Shown: in pieces, positions 31,880 to 42,176 of the stretch
Position numbering within the stretch: the stretch's first letter is position 1
How the letters are laid out: every line of letters begins with the position of its first letter
Source of the DNA: Gammaproteobacteria bacterium
GTDB taxonomy: Bacteria > Pseudomonadota > Gammaproteobacteria > CAJXQU01
NCBI GenBank assembly: GCA_965238175.1
Contig: CBDEGZ010000003.1
Span: 448,001-512,000, forward strand
Reading direction: 5' to 3'
Length of the DNA stretch: 64,000 nt
Program-made: the position numbers and the translations under genes
Notes under the pieces: model-generated
Seen by the model: only the letters and a program-made list of their open reading frames with translations
The model's database searches: none
Told to the model about the DNA's origin: nothing

Positions 31880-33412
31880 ATGTCAACTACACAGCAGAAA
31901 AAAACAGGTACAACCATGAAAAAGATCGGACATTTCATTAATGGCGAAATCCATTATGGTACTGGTTCAACTCAGGCGGTATACAACCCAGCAACGGGTG
32001 AAGTAAGTAAACACTTACAGGTTGCAGATAAACAAACCGTAGAAGCAGCAGTAGCAGCCGCAGAAGCAGCATTTCCTGAATGGCGAAATACACCTGCGAT
32101 CAAGCGTGCACGAATTATGTTTCGCTTCAAAGAATTACTTGAAAAGAATGCTGAAAATATCTGCCAGCTTATTGGAGAAGAGCATGGAAAAATTTCTCAT
32201 GATGCTATGGGCGAATTACAAAGAGGTATCGAGAATGTTGAATATGCGTGTTCGGCACCTGAGTTATTAAAAGGTGAACATAGTAAAAATGTTGGGCCAC
32301 AAATAGATTGTTGGAATGAGTTTCAACCACTAGGAATTGTCGCTGGGATTACACCATTTAATTTTCCTGCAATGGTACCAATGTGGATGTTTCCATTAGC
32401 GATCGTCTGCGGTAATTGTTTTGTGTTGAAACCCTCAGAACGAGATCCAAGTTCTACCTTATACATAGTCCAATTACTTCATGAAGCGGGTTTGCCTAAG
32501 GGCGTTATAAATGTTGTTAATGGCAATAAAGAGTCCGTGGATATTTTGTTGCAAGATGAACGGGTACAAGCGATCAGTTTTGTCGGGTCAACGCCGATTG
32601 CGCAATATATTTACAGTACGGCAACCGCAAATGGTAAACGTTGCCAAGCATTGGGAGGCGCTAAAAATCACGCTATTGTTATGCCGGATGCGGATATCGA
32701 TAATGCGGTTAATCAACTTGTTGGAGCAGCTTTTGGTTCCTGCGGAGAACGGTGCATGGCACTTTCTGTTGCCGTTGTTGTTGGCGATGATGTAGGTGAT
32801 GCATTAGTTTCAAAAATGCAAGAAGCAATGAAATCATTGAAAGTTGGTGTTTACAGTGAAAGTAGTAATGATTTTGGTCCGCTGATCACTAAAGAGCATC
32901 GTGATAAAGTCGCATCTTATATAGACAGTGCAGAACAACAAGGTGCATCAATTGTTGTTGATGGTCGTGATATGACTGTCACTGGATTTGAAGATGGTTT
33001 TTTCCTTGGTGGAACCCTGATCGATAATATAACGCCGGACATGGTTTCTTATAAAGAAGAAATTTTTGGTCCTGTTTTACAGATCGTCCGAGTTAAGACC
33101 ATGCAAGAAGCGATGGATCTGATCGACAACCACGAATATGGAAATGGCACTTGTATCTTCACGCGCGATGGTGAGGCTGCACGCTATTTTTCTGATCATA
33201 TTAAGGTTGGAATGGTGGGTATCAACATTCCCCTGCCCGTACCGGTTGCGTACCATAGTTTCGGTGGTTGGAAGAATTCTTTATTTGGAGACCTGTTTGC
33301 CTATGGTCCCGATGGTGTGCGTTTTTATACCCGAAGAAAAACCATTACCCAAAGATGGCCTTCAGCCGAAATACGCGAAGGTGCGCAATTCTCTATGCCA
33401 ACAATGAAGTAA
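31880..33412 (+). CDS. mmsA: CoA-acylating (methyl)malonate-semialdehyde dehydrogenase
   Basis: ITPFNFP, LKPSERDP, GAKNH, GERCMA, EEIFGPV; start may be 31916. Confidence 0.93.
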   Translation: MSTTQQKKTGTTMKKIGHFINGEIHYGTGSTQAVYNPATGEVSKHLQVADKQTVEAAVAAAEAAFPEWRNTPAIKRARIMFRFKELLEKNAENICQLIGEEHGKISHDAMGELQRGIENVEYACSAPELLKGEHSKNVGPQIDCWNEFQPLGIVAGITPFNFPAMVPMWMFPLAIVCGNCFVLKPSERDPSSTLYIVQLLHEAGLPKGVINVVNGNKESVDILLQDERVQAISFVGSTPIAQYIYSTATANGKRCQALGGAKNHAIVMPDADIDNAVNQLVGAAFGSCGERCMALSVAVVVGDDVGDALVSKMQEAMKSLKVGVYSESSNDFGPLITKEHRDKVASYIDSAEQQGASIVVDGRDMTVTGFEDGFFLGGTLIDNITPDMVSYKEEIFGPVLQIVRVKTMQEAMDLIDNHEYGNGTCIFTRDGEAARYFSDHIKVGMVGINIPLPVPVAYHSFGGWKNSLFGDLFAYGPDGVRFYTRRKTITQRWPSAEIREGAQFSMPTMK

Positions 33413-33444
33413 TTACCATTAAATAAGTCCGGGTAAAAACACGC

Positions 33445-33635
33445 ATGAGTATCTTCCAACTTTAGCTCGTCCATTTATGAGATTTATGGAACGCTATTAC
33501 CCAGGTTCATTTATATTCGTTATCAGCCTTTCAGTAATTGTTGCCAGTTTATGTTCGTGGTCATTTAATAATAGGTGCTATTGCCGCGCGCAGTGTCGAA
33601 TCGAGTGTGTTGAAAAGCTTGGAGTATAAGACGAG
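33445..33635 (+). pseudogene. Remnant of an AtoE-like short-chain fatty acid transporter
   Basis: LARPFMRFMERYYPGSFIFVI joined to ASLCSWS..IGAIAARSV with frameshifts and apparent internal deletion. Confidence 0.5.
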
Positions 33636-33732
33636 TAGTTCCTTTGTTACAAATCTCTATCACCCTTTCCATTATGAAAACCAAAATGTTGATGCTACAC
33701 AAAAGAAAATGTAATTTTCATCTATAGAACTT

Positions 33733-34455
33733 TCACTTTTTCGACCACATCCAGATACCTGTAGCCGCAAGGATCAAAAATAAAATAGCGGCAGCATCAA
33801 ATATAAAAACACCAATATTTCCGAAAATACGACCGCTGTGCAAATCTAACAATAAACGTTCAATAGCCAGACCTTTTCCTCGATAGGCTTTTAATAATGC
33901 GCTCTTTAAAGGCTCGTTGATATCGAAGGGTTTAGACCAGTTTATCTTTTGATCAGTATTTTTTTGCCAGGTCAGGGAGTTAATTTCAACTTGGTAGTTA
34001 CCGTGTGTGCCCTGTACTATTAATTGAGCATCGGTAGATTGTCCGATCTGTTGTATACCAGTAGGAACACCTTCAGCACTCGCTAGAATCTCCAACAATT
34101 GACCCTGTTGATCTAATATCTGTATTTCTTCTGATGTAGCAACAATTACCAAACCTTCAATTTCCAATGCTCCAAGCAATTTTCCAGTGCTATCTTCGAG
34201 CTCTTGTTGATCAAAATAAAGTCTGTCACCGAGTGATGAAATATGGTGGTTTTTAGTAACGAAATTGAAAGGAGCCTCTGGCGGGGCAATGTTGTACCAG
34301 TTAAGGACAGCGGAACTGCTGATAAATTTTTGATCGAGTTGTAAACGTTCAGTGTGATTCAGCGCCAAACCTGTAATTGCGAGAATAACCACAAAAATCG
34401 CAGATAGAACGCCAATTCTGCGATGCCAACGCAGCAGTTTTGGATAGTGTTTCAT
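33733..34455 (-). CDS. PepSY-associated TM helix domain protein
   Basis: RWHRRIG...ITGLALNH and LLDLHSGRIFG conserved His motifs. Confidence 0.88.
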   Translation of the reverse strand: MKHYPKLLRWHRRIGVLSAIFVVILAITGLALNHTERLQLDQKFISSSAVLNWYNIAPPEAPFNFVTKNHHISSLGDRLYFDQQELEDSTGKLLGALEIEGLVIVATSEEIQILDQQGQLLEILASAEGVPTGIQQIGQSTDAQLIVQGTHGNYQVEINSLTWQKNTDQKINWSKPFDINEPLKSALLKAYRGKGLAIERLLLDLHSGRIFGNIGVFIFDAAAILFLILAATGIWMWSKK

Positions 34456-34467
34456 TATGTAACCAAA

Positions 34468-35013
34468 TCATTTTAAGTCGTTTTCAACTACGTGATTATG
34501 AAGAACAATTGCGACTCTTGCGAGTTTTTTCATGGCGCGAACAGAAAGAGTAGCTCCGGAAATCCCATCAATAGACTTATTCAGGCCATAATCTTCATCA
34601 ATTCCAGCACCTTTAAATTGATCAGTGAAAAATGGATACTTCACTTCACTGCCACGACTTTCTCGATATTTTAAGACTTTTACCCGTTCAATTTTTCCGG
34701 CATTGACCACTAAACCGGTTGTGATCAGTTTTACTTTTCCAACTTCTTCAAGGATCCAAACTGTCCGATCATTTTCCTTCCAATAACTTAATCGACTACG
34801 TCGCATTTTATGGCCAAGAATATTTTTGATCTGTTTTTTTAGAACTTCATTCAGCCTTAAACGATGCAAGTCTGGAATACTGGAACTGAAGTTACTATTC
34901 ACAAAATCTTCAGGTTTTTGATAAACTTCTAATGCGAAAGTGGCAGGTGCAGCGATGCTGAAACCAATTAGCCATGCCGCAATAAAATTAAAATTTATTT
35001 TCATTTTAGTCAT
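34468..35013 (-). CDS. Exported FMN-binding domain protein
   Basis: Signal peptide, YRESRGSEV, flavinylation motif IDGISGATLS; start 35013 or 35004. Confidence 0.88.
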   Translation of the reverse strand: MTKMKINFNFIAAWLIGFSIAAPATFALEVYQKPEDFVNSNFSSSIPDLHRLRLNEVLKKQIKNILGHKMRRSRLSYWKENDRTVWILEEVGKVKLITTGLVVNAGKIERVKVLKYRESRGSEVKYPFFTDQFKGAGIDEDYGLNKSIDGISGATLSVRAMKKLARVAIVLHNHVVENDLK

Positions 35014-35019
35014 ATATGC

Positions 35020-35043
35020 AAAGGGGTGACGTAAAGCCACCCC
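35020..35043 (-). terminator. Intercistronic hairpin after the porin gene
   Basis: Minus strand GGGGTGGC-tttac-GTCACCCC followed by TTT. Confidence 0.55.
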
Positions 35044-35103
35044 GATTCTAGCTCAGGAGTTCCAGACAATAAGAATTCCATTGTTTTATTCATACTCATA
35101 AGT

Positions 35104-36348
35104 TTAAAACTGATAACCTATACCAAGGTTAAATCCATCATTGTCTCCAGCAGTATCATTCTCAAACTGGTAGTCAAACTTCAGTACTACATCCGCACTC
35201 GGCCAATAATTTAAACCTATATCAACCTGTTCATTATCATCGCCGCCGTTACCACCGGCCTTGTTGTTCCACTCTTGATATCGAACGAAGACACCAACCT
35301 CACCACGAGGTACCGCAAATTTATAAGACGGTTCGACATAGAAACCATCTTGTCGATCTGCACCAATCGCTTTAGGGCCTGTTAGCGTAGGGCCATCATC
35401 TAACCACCAACTTGCATAAAGTGCTCTTAGACCAAACCCGTTATGTTCATAATCAACATGTGCTTCAAGTAGGTTAGCGTCAATATCTTCATTGCCTTGC
35501 GTTATATCTAGCTGGTGTTGTGCTGTTACACCAATTTCCAGCCCTGGCATTCCTGTATATCGAATGCGCCCTGTCCATGCGCCATCTTCAGCTGGTGCTT
35601 CTGCAACTTTTCCACGCCCACTTCGAATACTGTATGAACTGGTTGGCGAGTCCAAACCGGAACTAAACATCACATCATATTTCCAACCTGGCGCTATATC
35701 ACCATTGAACCCGACACCCGCTTCCCACCAGGTGGAAGGAATAATATTTCTCTCTACATTATTTCTTTCTACACCATAAAAAGTGGGTGGTTCATGCGTT
35801 TCGTTTATTATCCCAACGGGTACTAGATAGAGACCGGCAAGTGCGTGATGATTTTCATTGATATCGTATTCTATAAAGGCCTGTTCAAGCTCTACTTCAC
35901 CTGGCTCACCATCTCCACTAAGCGCATGTTCAACTTCTAACTCTGAGAAGAACCTTAAATCATCAGCAAATTCATAGCCGAAGAACAACACAAAACGGTG
36001 GAAATCGACCTCCGCTTCCTCATCGTCAAGATTATTGTAATGGAGCTCACCATAACCACCGATGCTCACATTATCTGCAATTGAAGAACTACCTTCTTCA
36101 ACCGCTACGGCGACTTCTTCTTCGACTGTTTCTACCGCTTTTGTATTAGCGACAACCTTCTCTTCTGTTGCTTGTACTTTCTGTTCTGTATTTTCTAGCT
36201 GATTCTTAAGTGCGTTAATCATCTCTTGTTGTTGTTGGATAATCTTCCACATTTCTTCAGCCGTTGGCGGTTTTTCAGCTAAAGATGTTTGTGAAATCCC
36301 CAGCCCTAGTATTAGTAAGATGCTGGCAAGTTGTTGCCTTGTTTTCAT
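35104..36348 (-). CDS. Outer-membrane porin with N-terminal coiled coil
   Basis: Signal peptide, Q/E/K coiled coil, GGYGELHYN, DFHRFVLF, ELEVEH, C-terminal GIGYQF. Confidence 0.82.
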   Translation of the reverse strand: MKTRQQLASILLILGLGISQTSLAEKPPTAEEMWKIIQQQQEMINALKNQLENTEQKVQATEEKVVANTKAVETVEEEVAVAVEEGSSSIADNVSIGGYGELHYNNLDDEEAEVDFHRFVLFFGYEFADDLRFFSELEVEHALSGDGEPGEVELEQAFIEYDINENHHALAGLYLVPVGIINETHEPPTFYGVERNNVERNIIPSTWWEAGVGFNGDIAPGWKYDVMFSSGLDSPTSSYSIRSGRGKVAEAPAEDGAWTGRIRYTGMPGLEIGVTAQHQLDITQGNEDIDANLLEAHVDYEHNGFGLRALYASWWLDDGPTLTGPKAIGADRQDGFYVEPSYKFAVPRGEVGVFVRYQEWNNKAGGNGGDDNEQVDIGLNYWPSADVVLKFDYQFENDTAGDNDGFNLGIGYQF

Positions 36349-36438
36349 AATGATCTCTCGATGTAAGGATTAAATTTGATAAGTGGAAACCACAAAATGC
36401 TGATCCACTACTTACTTTTCTGTTATGCGAACTATACA

Positions 36439-36509
36439 GCTAATGAGAATCATTATCAACAGCATTGACGTTTTAGTTGTTTTGAGCTTAAATGATAATA
36501 ATTCTCATT
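36439..36509. promoter_or_regulatory. Two Fur boxes in a divergent promoter region
   Basis: GCTAATGAGAATCATTATC (36439-36457; 17/19 to GATAATGATAATCATTATC) and AATGATAATAATTCTCATT (36491-36509). Confidence 0.88.
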
Positions 36510-36522
36510 TAAGGAGGTGGTT

Positions 36523-36861
36523 ATGAAATATGTTGTTGATGCACGATTGGAAAAAGGCCAACCACGATTACGCGTGCTTGATGCGGATACTGGTGTTGTC
36601 CATATGGAGTGGTCTCTAACAAGAGTAAGTCAAATGTTGGATGAAGGCGAAATAGATCCTAATGATTTTCTTCATCCGGAACGCTATGGGATGAGATTAC
36701 TACTAAAAAACTTGTTTCTACTCTCTTGTATAGAGAGTATGGCAAATAATGAAAACCGGGAAAAAGTGAGTAGATCTGATCAGGATTCAGAGAGGTGCTT
36801 ATTGACAGCTAGATCTAAAGATTCAGATTGGTATTTTTCTATTAACGTCAAACCGATTTAA
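36523..36861 (+). CDS. Hypothetical protein, PA4570-like (iron-starvation associated)
   Basis: MKYVVDARLEKGQPRLRVLDADTG...LLKNLFLLSC recalls PA4570-family proteins (from memory); AAGGAGG RBS; adjacent Fur box. Confidence 0.65.
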   Translation: MKYVVDARLEKGQPRLRVLDADTGVVHMEWSLTRVSQMLDEGEIDPNDFLHPERYGMRLLLKNLFLLSCIESMANNENREKVSRSDQDSERCLLTARSKDSDWYFSINVKPI

Positions 36862-36975
36862 ACATCCGAATTATCAGTTTATAAATAAGCTTGGTAAAAG
36901 CTCAGTTTGATCTATATGTAACTAACGGTATCATGCCGAGAAGAGTCACAAAATACAGACATCTCAGGAGATACT

Positions 36976-37503
36976 ATGCTCAGTAAGAACCTCACCGATT
37001 TATTGAATAAACAAATTAACCTGGAATTTTATTCTTCAAACCTATATTTACAAATGAGATCCTGGTGCGATGCAAACAGCCTGGATGGTTGTGCGCGTTT
37101 TTTACAACAGCATGCGGATGAAGAAATGCAGCATATGCGTCGCTTATTTAATTATGTAAATGAGACCGGCTCAATGGCATTAATTGGTTCTATTGATGCA
37201 CCTAAATCTGACTTTACTGATATCAAAGACATTTTTCAAGCCACTTATGAACACGAATGTTTGATTACAAAAGAGATCAATTCTTTAGTAAAAACAGCCT
37301 ACGATAGTAGCGATTTTTCAACATTCAATTTCCTACAGTGGTATGCAGCAGAACAGCACGAGGAAGAACATTTATTCAGCACCATTCTCGATAAAATCAA
37401 AATGATCGGAATAGAAGGGAAAGGTCTTTATTTTATCGATCAGGAAATTGGTGGAATTGCTGCTGAACGTATAAAAAATCCATCAGATACGCCTCCTGAA
37501 TAA
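36976..37503 (+). CDS. ftnA: Non-heme ferritin
   Basis: QINLEFYSSNLYLQM, EEMQHM, FLQWYAAEQHEEE. Confidence 0.95.
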   Translation: MLSKNLTDLLNKQINLEFYSSNLYLQMRSWCDANSLDGCARFLQQHADEEMQHMRRLFNYVNETGSMALIGSIDAPKSDFTDIKDIFQATYEHECLITKEINSLVKTAYDSSDFSTFNFLQWYAAEQHEEEHLFSTILDKIKMIGIEGKGLYFIDQEIGGIAAERIKNPSDTPPE

Positions 37504-37930
37504 AATATTCCTACCGATCTACTATAGATTTTCGCAAAATCTTCTTTTCTCAGACTGCAACAAGTTGTCGCTTCACAATTACTCTTGACCACCTCTGAGC
37601 AATATCAAAGGTTTTGAAGACACCCTACGTACACACCGTATGGATCTTATACCAAAGAGGTGTATTTTTGAGCGGTACAATCACCATGATCCGGCGAGAC
37701 CTCCGGAGACTTTTACACTATTTTCTAAAGGTAATACGGGTAGAATTTTTTAACTTCTAAAATTAATTTGATTTGAATCTGGCTGCCTCATAACCACAAT
37801 TGTCAGTAATATCTGTAAAGGATTCGTTACAAGTTTTTTGATCGTGCTGCTAAACACTATCATATCCCACTGTTATACTTGTACAGTTTAGTAAACGATA
37901 ATCAGTTGATTGATCAATATCTTATAAGCA

Positions 37931-39295
37931 ATGCTACATAACGAAGAACAGCGCACACATGAAATTCTAAAACTGCTTCAGGAGACGATGAACTCCGAGC
38001 AGGTGGACGATATTGCCTGGTTAAAAGAGGGTATTAAAGAGCTTCATCCTTCGGAAATTGCTGATCTGCTCGAAAGTTTACCTTCTAAAGATCGTGAACA
38101 CTTATGGGAACTGATCGGATCAGATCTGGAAGGTGAAGTCCTTTCGCATGCTCAGGATGGTGTTCGTTCTGGGCTACTCGAACAAATGCAACCGCATGAA
38201 GTTGCAGCAGCGACGGAAAATCTGGAAACCGATGATGCGACTGATATCATCCAGGATCTTGCCGAAGATGTTGTAGATGAAGTGCTTAGTTCGATGGATG
38301 AGCATAATCGTGCTCGTCTTGAAAAAGCGCTTTCTTATCCTGAGGACACGGCAGGTGGTTTGATGAATACACTGATGTTGTCAGTGTATGACAACGTCGA
38401 TTTAGGTGTCGTTATCCGCTACTTACGCATGAAAGGCGAAGTACCAGAAAAGTCTGATAGCTTGATTGTGGTTGATCGTAATAATCATTATCAGGGAATG
38501 CTACCTCTGGTAAAAATCCTTACCAGCAGGCCAGAAGAACAAGTTGCGGATGTGATGAATACTGATATCGAGGCCGTTTCTACCGATATGTCTGCTAATG
38601 AAATAGCGAAACTGTTCGAACAACGCGATCTTTATTCCGTTGCTGTGGTTGATGAAGAAAAGGTGCCGTTAGGACGTATTACTATTGACGACGTTGTCGA
38701 TGTTATTCGTGATCAAGGCGATCACTCCCTGATGAGTATGGCTGGATTGGACGAAGACGATGATATGTTTGCACCGATTTTCGTCAGTGCTCACCGTCGT
38801 GCTTTATGGCTGGGGATCAATCTAACCACAGCATTTCTTGCAGCCTGGGTGATCGGCCGATTCGCTGATACAATTGAACAACTTGTTGCACTTGCGGTGT
38901 TGATGCCGATCGTTGCTAGTATGGGAGGAATCGCGGGCAGTCAAACATTGACAATTGTGATCCGTGGTCTTGCAATGGGGCATCTTGGCCCAGCAAACTC
39001 ACGCGCACTTTTATTGAAAGAAATTGCTGTGGGTTTTCTCAATGGTATTTTATGGGCGACTGTTGTCGGGCTGATTTCAGCATTTTGGTTTAACAACCAA
39101 CAGTTAGGTATGGTGATCGCGGTAGCGATGGTGGTTAATTTATTTGTCGCAGCCTTTTTCGGCGCGGTTATTCCTCTTTGGTTGAAGAAAAGAGAAATTG
39201 ATCCTGCGCTTGCTGGAGGTGTTATGCTCACTACCGTAACCGATGTGATCGGGTTTCTAGTCTTTCTTGGGCTCGCCAGTGTCTTTCTTATGTAA
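37931..39295 (+). CDS. mgtE: Magnesium transporter MgtE
   Basis: YPEDTAGGLM, CBS pair, MGGIAGSQT, DPALAGG, TTVTDVIG. Confidence 0.96.
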   Translation: MLHNEEQRTHEILKLLQETMNSEQVDDIAWLKEGIKELHPSEIADLLESLPSKDREHLWELIGSDLEGEVLSHAQDGVRSGLLEQMQPHEVAAATENLETDDATDIIQDLAEDVVDEVLSSMDEHNRARLEKALSYPEDTAGGLMNTLMLSVYDNVDLGVVIRYLRMKGEVPEKSDSLIVVDRNNHYQGMLPLVKILTSRPEEQVADVMNTDIEAVSTDMSANEIAKLFEQRDLYSVAVVDEEKVPLGRITIDDVVDVIRDQGDHSLMSMAGLDEDDDMFAPIFVSAHRRALWLGINLTTAFLAAWVIGRFADTIEQLVALAVLMPIVASMGGIAGSQTLTIVIRGLAMGHLGPANSRALLLKEIAVGFLNGILWATVVGLISAFWFNNQQLGMVIAVAMVVNLFVAAFFGAVIPLWLKKREIDPALAGGVMLTTVTDVIGFLVFLGLASVFLM

Positions 39296-39319
39296 TCTAT
39301 TCGTAGTAAATTCTGCATT

Positions 39320-40705
39320 ATGACAAAGAAACTTTTTATCAAAACATTTGGCTGTCAGATGAATGAGTATGATTCATCTCAAATGGCCAACGTGCTTGGC
39401 GAGTCGCATGAGTTCGAAGTGACGGATAATCCTGCGGATGCGGATGTTCTGCTCGTCAACACCTGTTCGATCCGTGAAAGAGCGGAGGAAAAGTTATTTC
39501 ATCAGCTAGGTCGTTGGAACAAACTCAAAAAAAATAATCCAGATTTGCTGATCGGTGTTGGCGGTTGTGTCGCAAGTCAGGAAGGTGAAGCGATTTGGAA
39601 ACGGGCGCCATACGTCGATATGATTTTTGGGCCACAAACCATGCATCGACTGCCGAAAATGCTTGATGACGTAAAAGCGAAAAAGATATCCTTGGAACCA
39701 GCGGACAAGAAAAAAATGTCCAAGAGTCGGGTTATCGACATTAGCTTTCCCGAGATCGAAAAATTCGACAATCTGCCTGAAGCACGTGCCGAAGGGCCAA
39801 CAGCATTTGTTTCGATTATGGAAGGTTGTTCAAAATACTGTACTTATTGTGTTGTGCCTTACACGCGTGGTGAAGAATTTAGCCGACCATTCGATGATGT
39901 GATCACCGAAGTCGCAGATTTGGCTAGCCAAGGCGTGCGAGAAGTGAATCTATTGGGTCAAAATGTGAATGCTTATCGTGGTAATATGCACGATGGAAAT
40001 ATTGCAGATCTGGCCTTATTAATTCGCTATGTCGCAGCAATCGAGGGTATCGAACGGATCCGATTTACCACATCCCATCCAGTAGAATTTTCGGACAGTT
40101 TGATCGAAGTCTATGCCGATATACCTGAGCTGGTGAGTTTTTTACATCTACCAGTACAACATGGATCAGATCGAATTCTTGCCGCAATGAAACGTGGGCA
40201 TACGGCTTTGGAATATAAATCAAAAATCAGAAAACTACGCAAAGTACGACCTAACATTACAATTTCTTCTGATTTTATCGTTGGATTTCCAGGAGAAACC
40301 GATCAAGATTTTGCCCAGCTCATGGATTTGATCGCTGATATTGGTTTTGATCAATCTTATAGTTTTATTTACAGCAAACGACCGGGAACGCCGGCTTCAA
40401 ATCTTGCTGACGATACGCCTGAAGAGGTAAAAAAACAGCGTTTACAGATTTTACAAACGCGTATTCAACAACAAGCAAATGAGATCAGTCACAGTATGGT
40501 TGGTAATGTTGAAAAGGTACTGGTAGAAGGTAGTGCGAAGAAAGATCCCGCTCAAATTATGGGGCGGACAGAAAACAATCGAATTGTGAACTTCACAGGT
40601 GACCAAAGTTTGATCGGTCAATTGGTCGATGTTCGAATTACCGAAGCCTTACCAAATTCATTACGTGCAGAACTTGTTTCTGACGATCAAAAGTTGTCTG
40701 CTTAA
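39320..40705 (+). CDS. miaB: tRNA methylthiotransferase MiaB
   Basis: [19 protein letters not shown] radical SAM motif, TRAM domain. Confidence 0.98.
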   Translation: MTKKLFIKTFGCQMNEYDSSQMANVLGESHEFEVTDNPADADVLLVNTCSIRERAEEKLFHQLGRWNKLKKNNPDLLIGVGGCVASQEGEAIWKRAPYVDMIFGPQTMHRLPKMLDDVKAKKISLEPADKKKMSKSRVIDISFPEIEKFDNLPEARAEGPTAFVSIMEGCSKYCTYCVVPYTRGEEFSRPFDDVITEVADLASQGVREVNLLGQNVNAYRGNMHDGNIADLALLIRYVAAIEGIERIRFTTSHPVEFSDSLIEVYADIPELVSFLHLPVQHGSDRILAAMKRGHTALEYKSKIRKLRKVRPNITISSDFIVGFPGETDQDFAQLMDLIADIGFDQSYSFIYSKRPGTPASNLADDTPEEVKKQRLQILQTRIQQQANEISHSMVGNVEKVLVEGSAKKDPAQIMGRTENNRIVNFTGDQSLIGQLVDVRITEALPNSLRAELVSDDQKLSA

Positions 40706-41701
40706 TTGGCTACTAACCTTAACAGCCCTCAATCTTCCGTTATTGATATTGTTCTAGAGCCAGAGGATAATGAACGGTTGTCGAATCTTTGCGGACAGTT
40801 TGATGATCATCTTCGTCAGTTGGAACGTAGATTGGCCATTGAAATTAATCATCGTGGAAACAAATTTCATGTGGCAGGAGATTCTGATCCTGCCTCTGTA
40901 GCGGCTAAAATTATCCAGGATCTTTACGAAATATCAGAAGATACAGTGATTACCCCGGAAGTTATTCATCTTAACCTGCAAGAATCCGGCGTTAAAGAAT
41001 TGATCGAGGAGACTATTCCTGAACATGTAGCGATTAGAACTAAACGGATTTTGATCAAGCCGCGTGGTAAAAACCAACGCAGCTACGTGAGTAGCATCCA
41101 GCGTAATGATATCAACTTTGGAATTGGTCCGGCCGGTACAGGAAAAACTTATTTAGCGGTTGCCTGTGCTGTTGAGGCATTGGAGCGCGATCAAGCACGC
41201 AGAGTTATTTTGGTTCGTCCAGCAGTAGAGGCGGGTGAAAACTTGGGCTTTTTGCCCGGAGATCTGACACAAAAAGTTGATCCCTATTTACGTCCGCTTT
41301 ATGACGCGCTATATGAAATGTTGGGTTTTGAAAAAGTCGCAAAATTGATCGAGCGCAATGTTATTGAAGTTGCACCGCTCGCGTTTATGCGCGGGAGGAC
41401 ACTCAATGATGCCTTTATCATTCTTGATGAGGCACAAAACACGACGATTGAACAAATGAAAATGTTCCTGACTCGTACAGGTTATGGGGCAACGGCCGTT
41501 ATAACCGGTGACGTAACGCAAGTCGATTTACCGCGTGGTAAAAAATCTGGATTAAAACATGTTATTGATGTGTTGAAGGATGAGAAAGATATCAGTTTCA
41601 CTTTCTTCAATTCCAGCGATGTTGTTCGTCATCCACTGGTAAGCAGGATTCTTGATGCTTATGAAGCCTATGAACAAAAAGATAAAGACAATGATTCTTG
41701 A
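40706..41701 (+). CDS. phoH: PhoH-like ATPase (YbeZ)
   Basis: GPAGTGKTYLA, RPAVEAGE, LDEAQN. Confidence 0.95.
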   Translation: MATNLNSPQSSVIDIVLEPEDNERLSNLCGQFDDHLRQLERRLAIEINHRGNKFHVAGDSDPASVAAKIIQDLYEISEDTVITPEVIHLNLQESGVKELIEETIPEHVAIRTKRILIKPRGKNQRSYVSSIQRNDINFGIGPAGTGKTYLAVACAVEALERDQARRVILVRPAVEAGENLGFLPGDLTQKVDPYLRPLYDALYEMLGFEKVAKLIERNVIEVAPLAFMRGRTLNDAFIILDEAQNTTIEQMKMFLTRTGYGATAVITGDVTQVDLPRGKKSGLKHVIDVLKDEKDISFTFFNSSDVVRHPLVSRILDAYEAYEQKDKDNDS

Positions 41702-42176
41702 GTTAGATGTACAACGGGTGATGAATGTTCAGGATATTCCCCAAGATATTCCTGAGAATGATCAATTCGAGTCTTGGACTAAAATAGCTTTAATAGCAGG
41801 TGGCCGAGATGTTGATTCACAACTCGCTATTCGGATTGTCGATGAAGAAGAAGGCCAAAAATTAAATGAACAATGGCGGCATAAACAAGGCCCAACGAAT
41901 GTATTATCATTTTCGATGTCGGGTTTGGATTTGATCGCGCCAGAATTGTTAGGTGACATTGTGATCTGCGCACCTATCATTAAAAAGGAAGCTCAAGAGC
42001 AATCAAAATCACTACAAAGTCATTGGGCACATATGGTTATACATGGCGTTTTGCATCTTTTAGGCTATGATCATACTATTGATTCCGAAGCGGAAAAAAT
42101 GGAAATGCTGGAAATGAAAATAATGGCTCAACTTGGTTATTCTGATCCATACCAACCTGCTGTTAAAACAACATGA
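41691..42176 (+). CDS. ybeY: rRNA maturation RNase YbeY
   Basis: PTNVLSF, HMVIHGVLHLLGYDH; start at 41691 inferred. Confidence 0.96.
   Translation: MILELDVQRVMNVQDIPQDIPENDQFESWTKIALIAGGRDVDSQLAIRIVDEEEGQKLNEQWRHKQGPTNVLSFSMSGLDLIAPELLGDIVICAPIIKKEAQEQSKSLQSHWAHMVIHGVLHLLGYDHTIDSEAEKMEMLEMKIMAQLGYSDPYQPAVKTT

Noticed and set aside
37504-37930. Mg-sensing riboswitch or leader peptide upstream of mgtE
   Set aside because: No M-box-like motifs or convincing leader ORF seen by eye; needs an Rfam/Infernal scan
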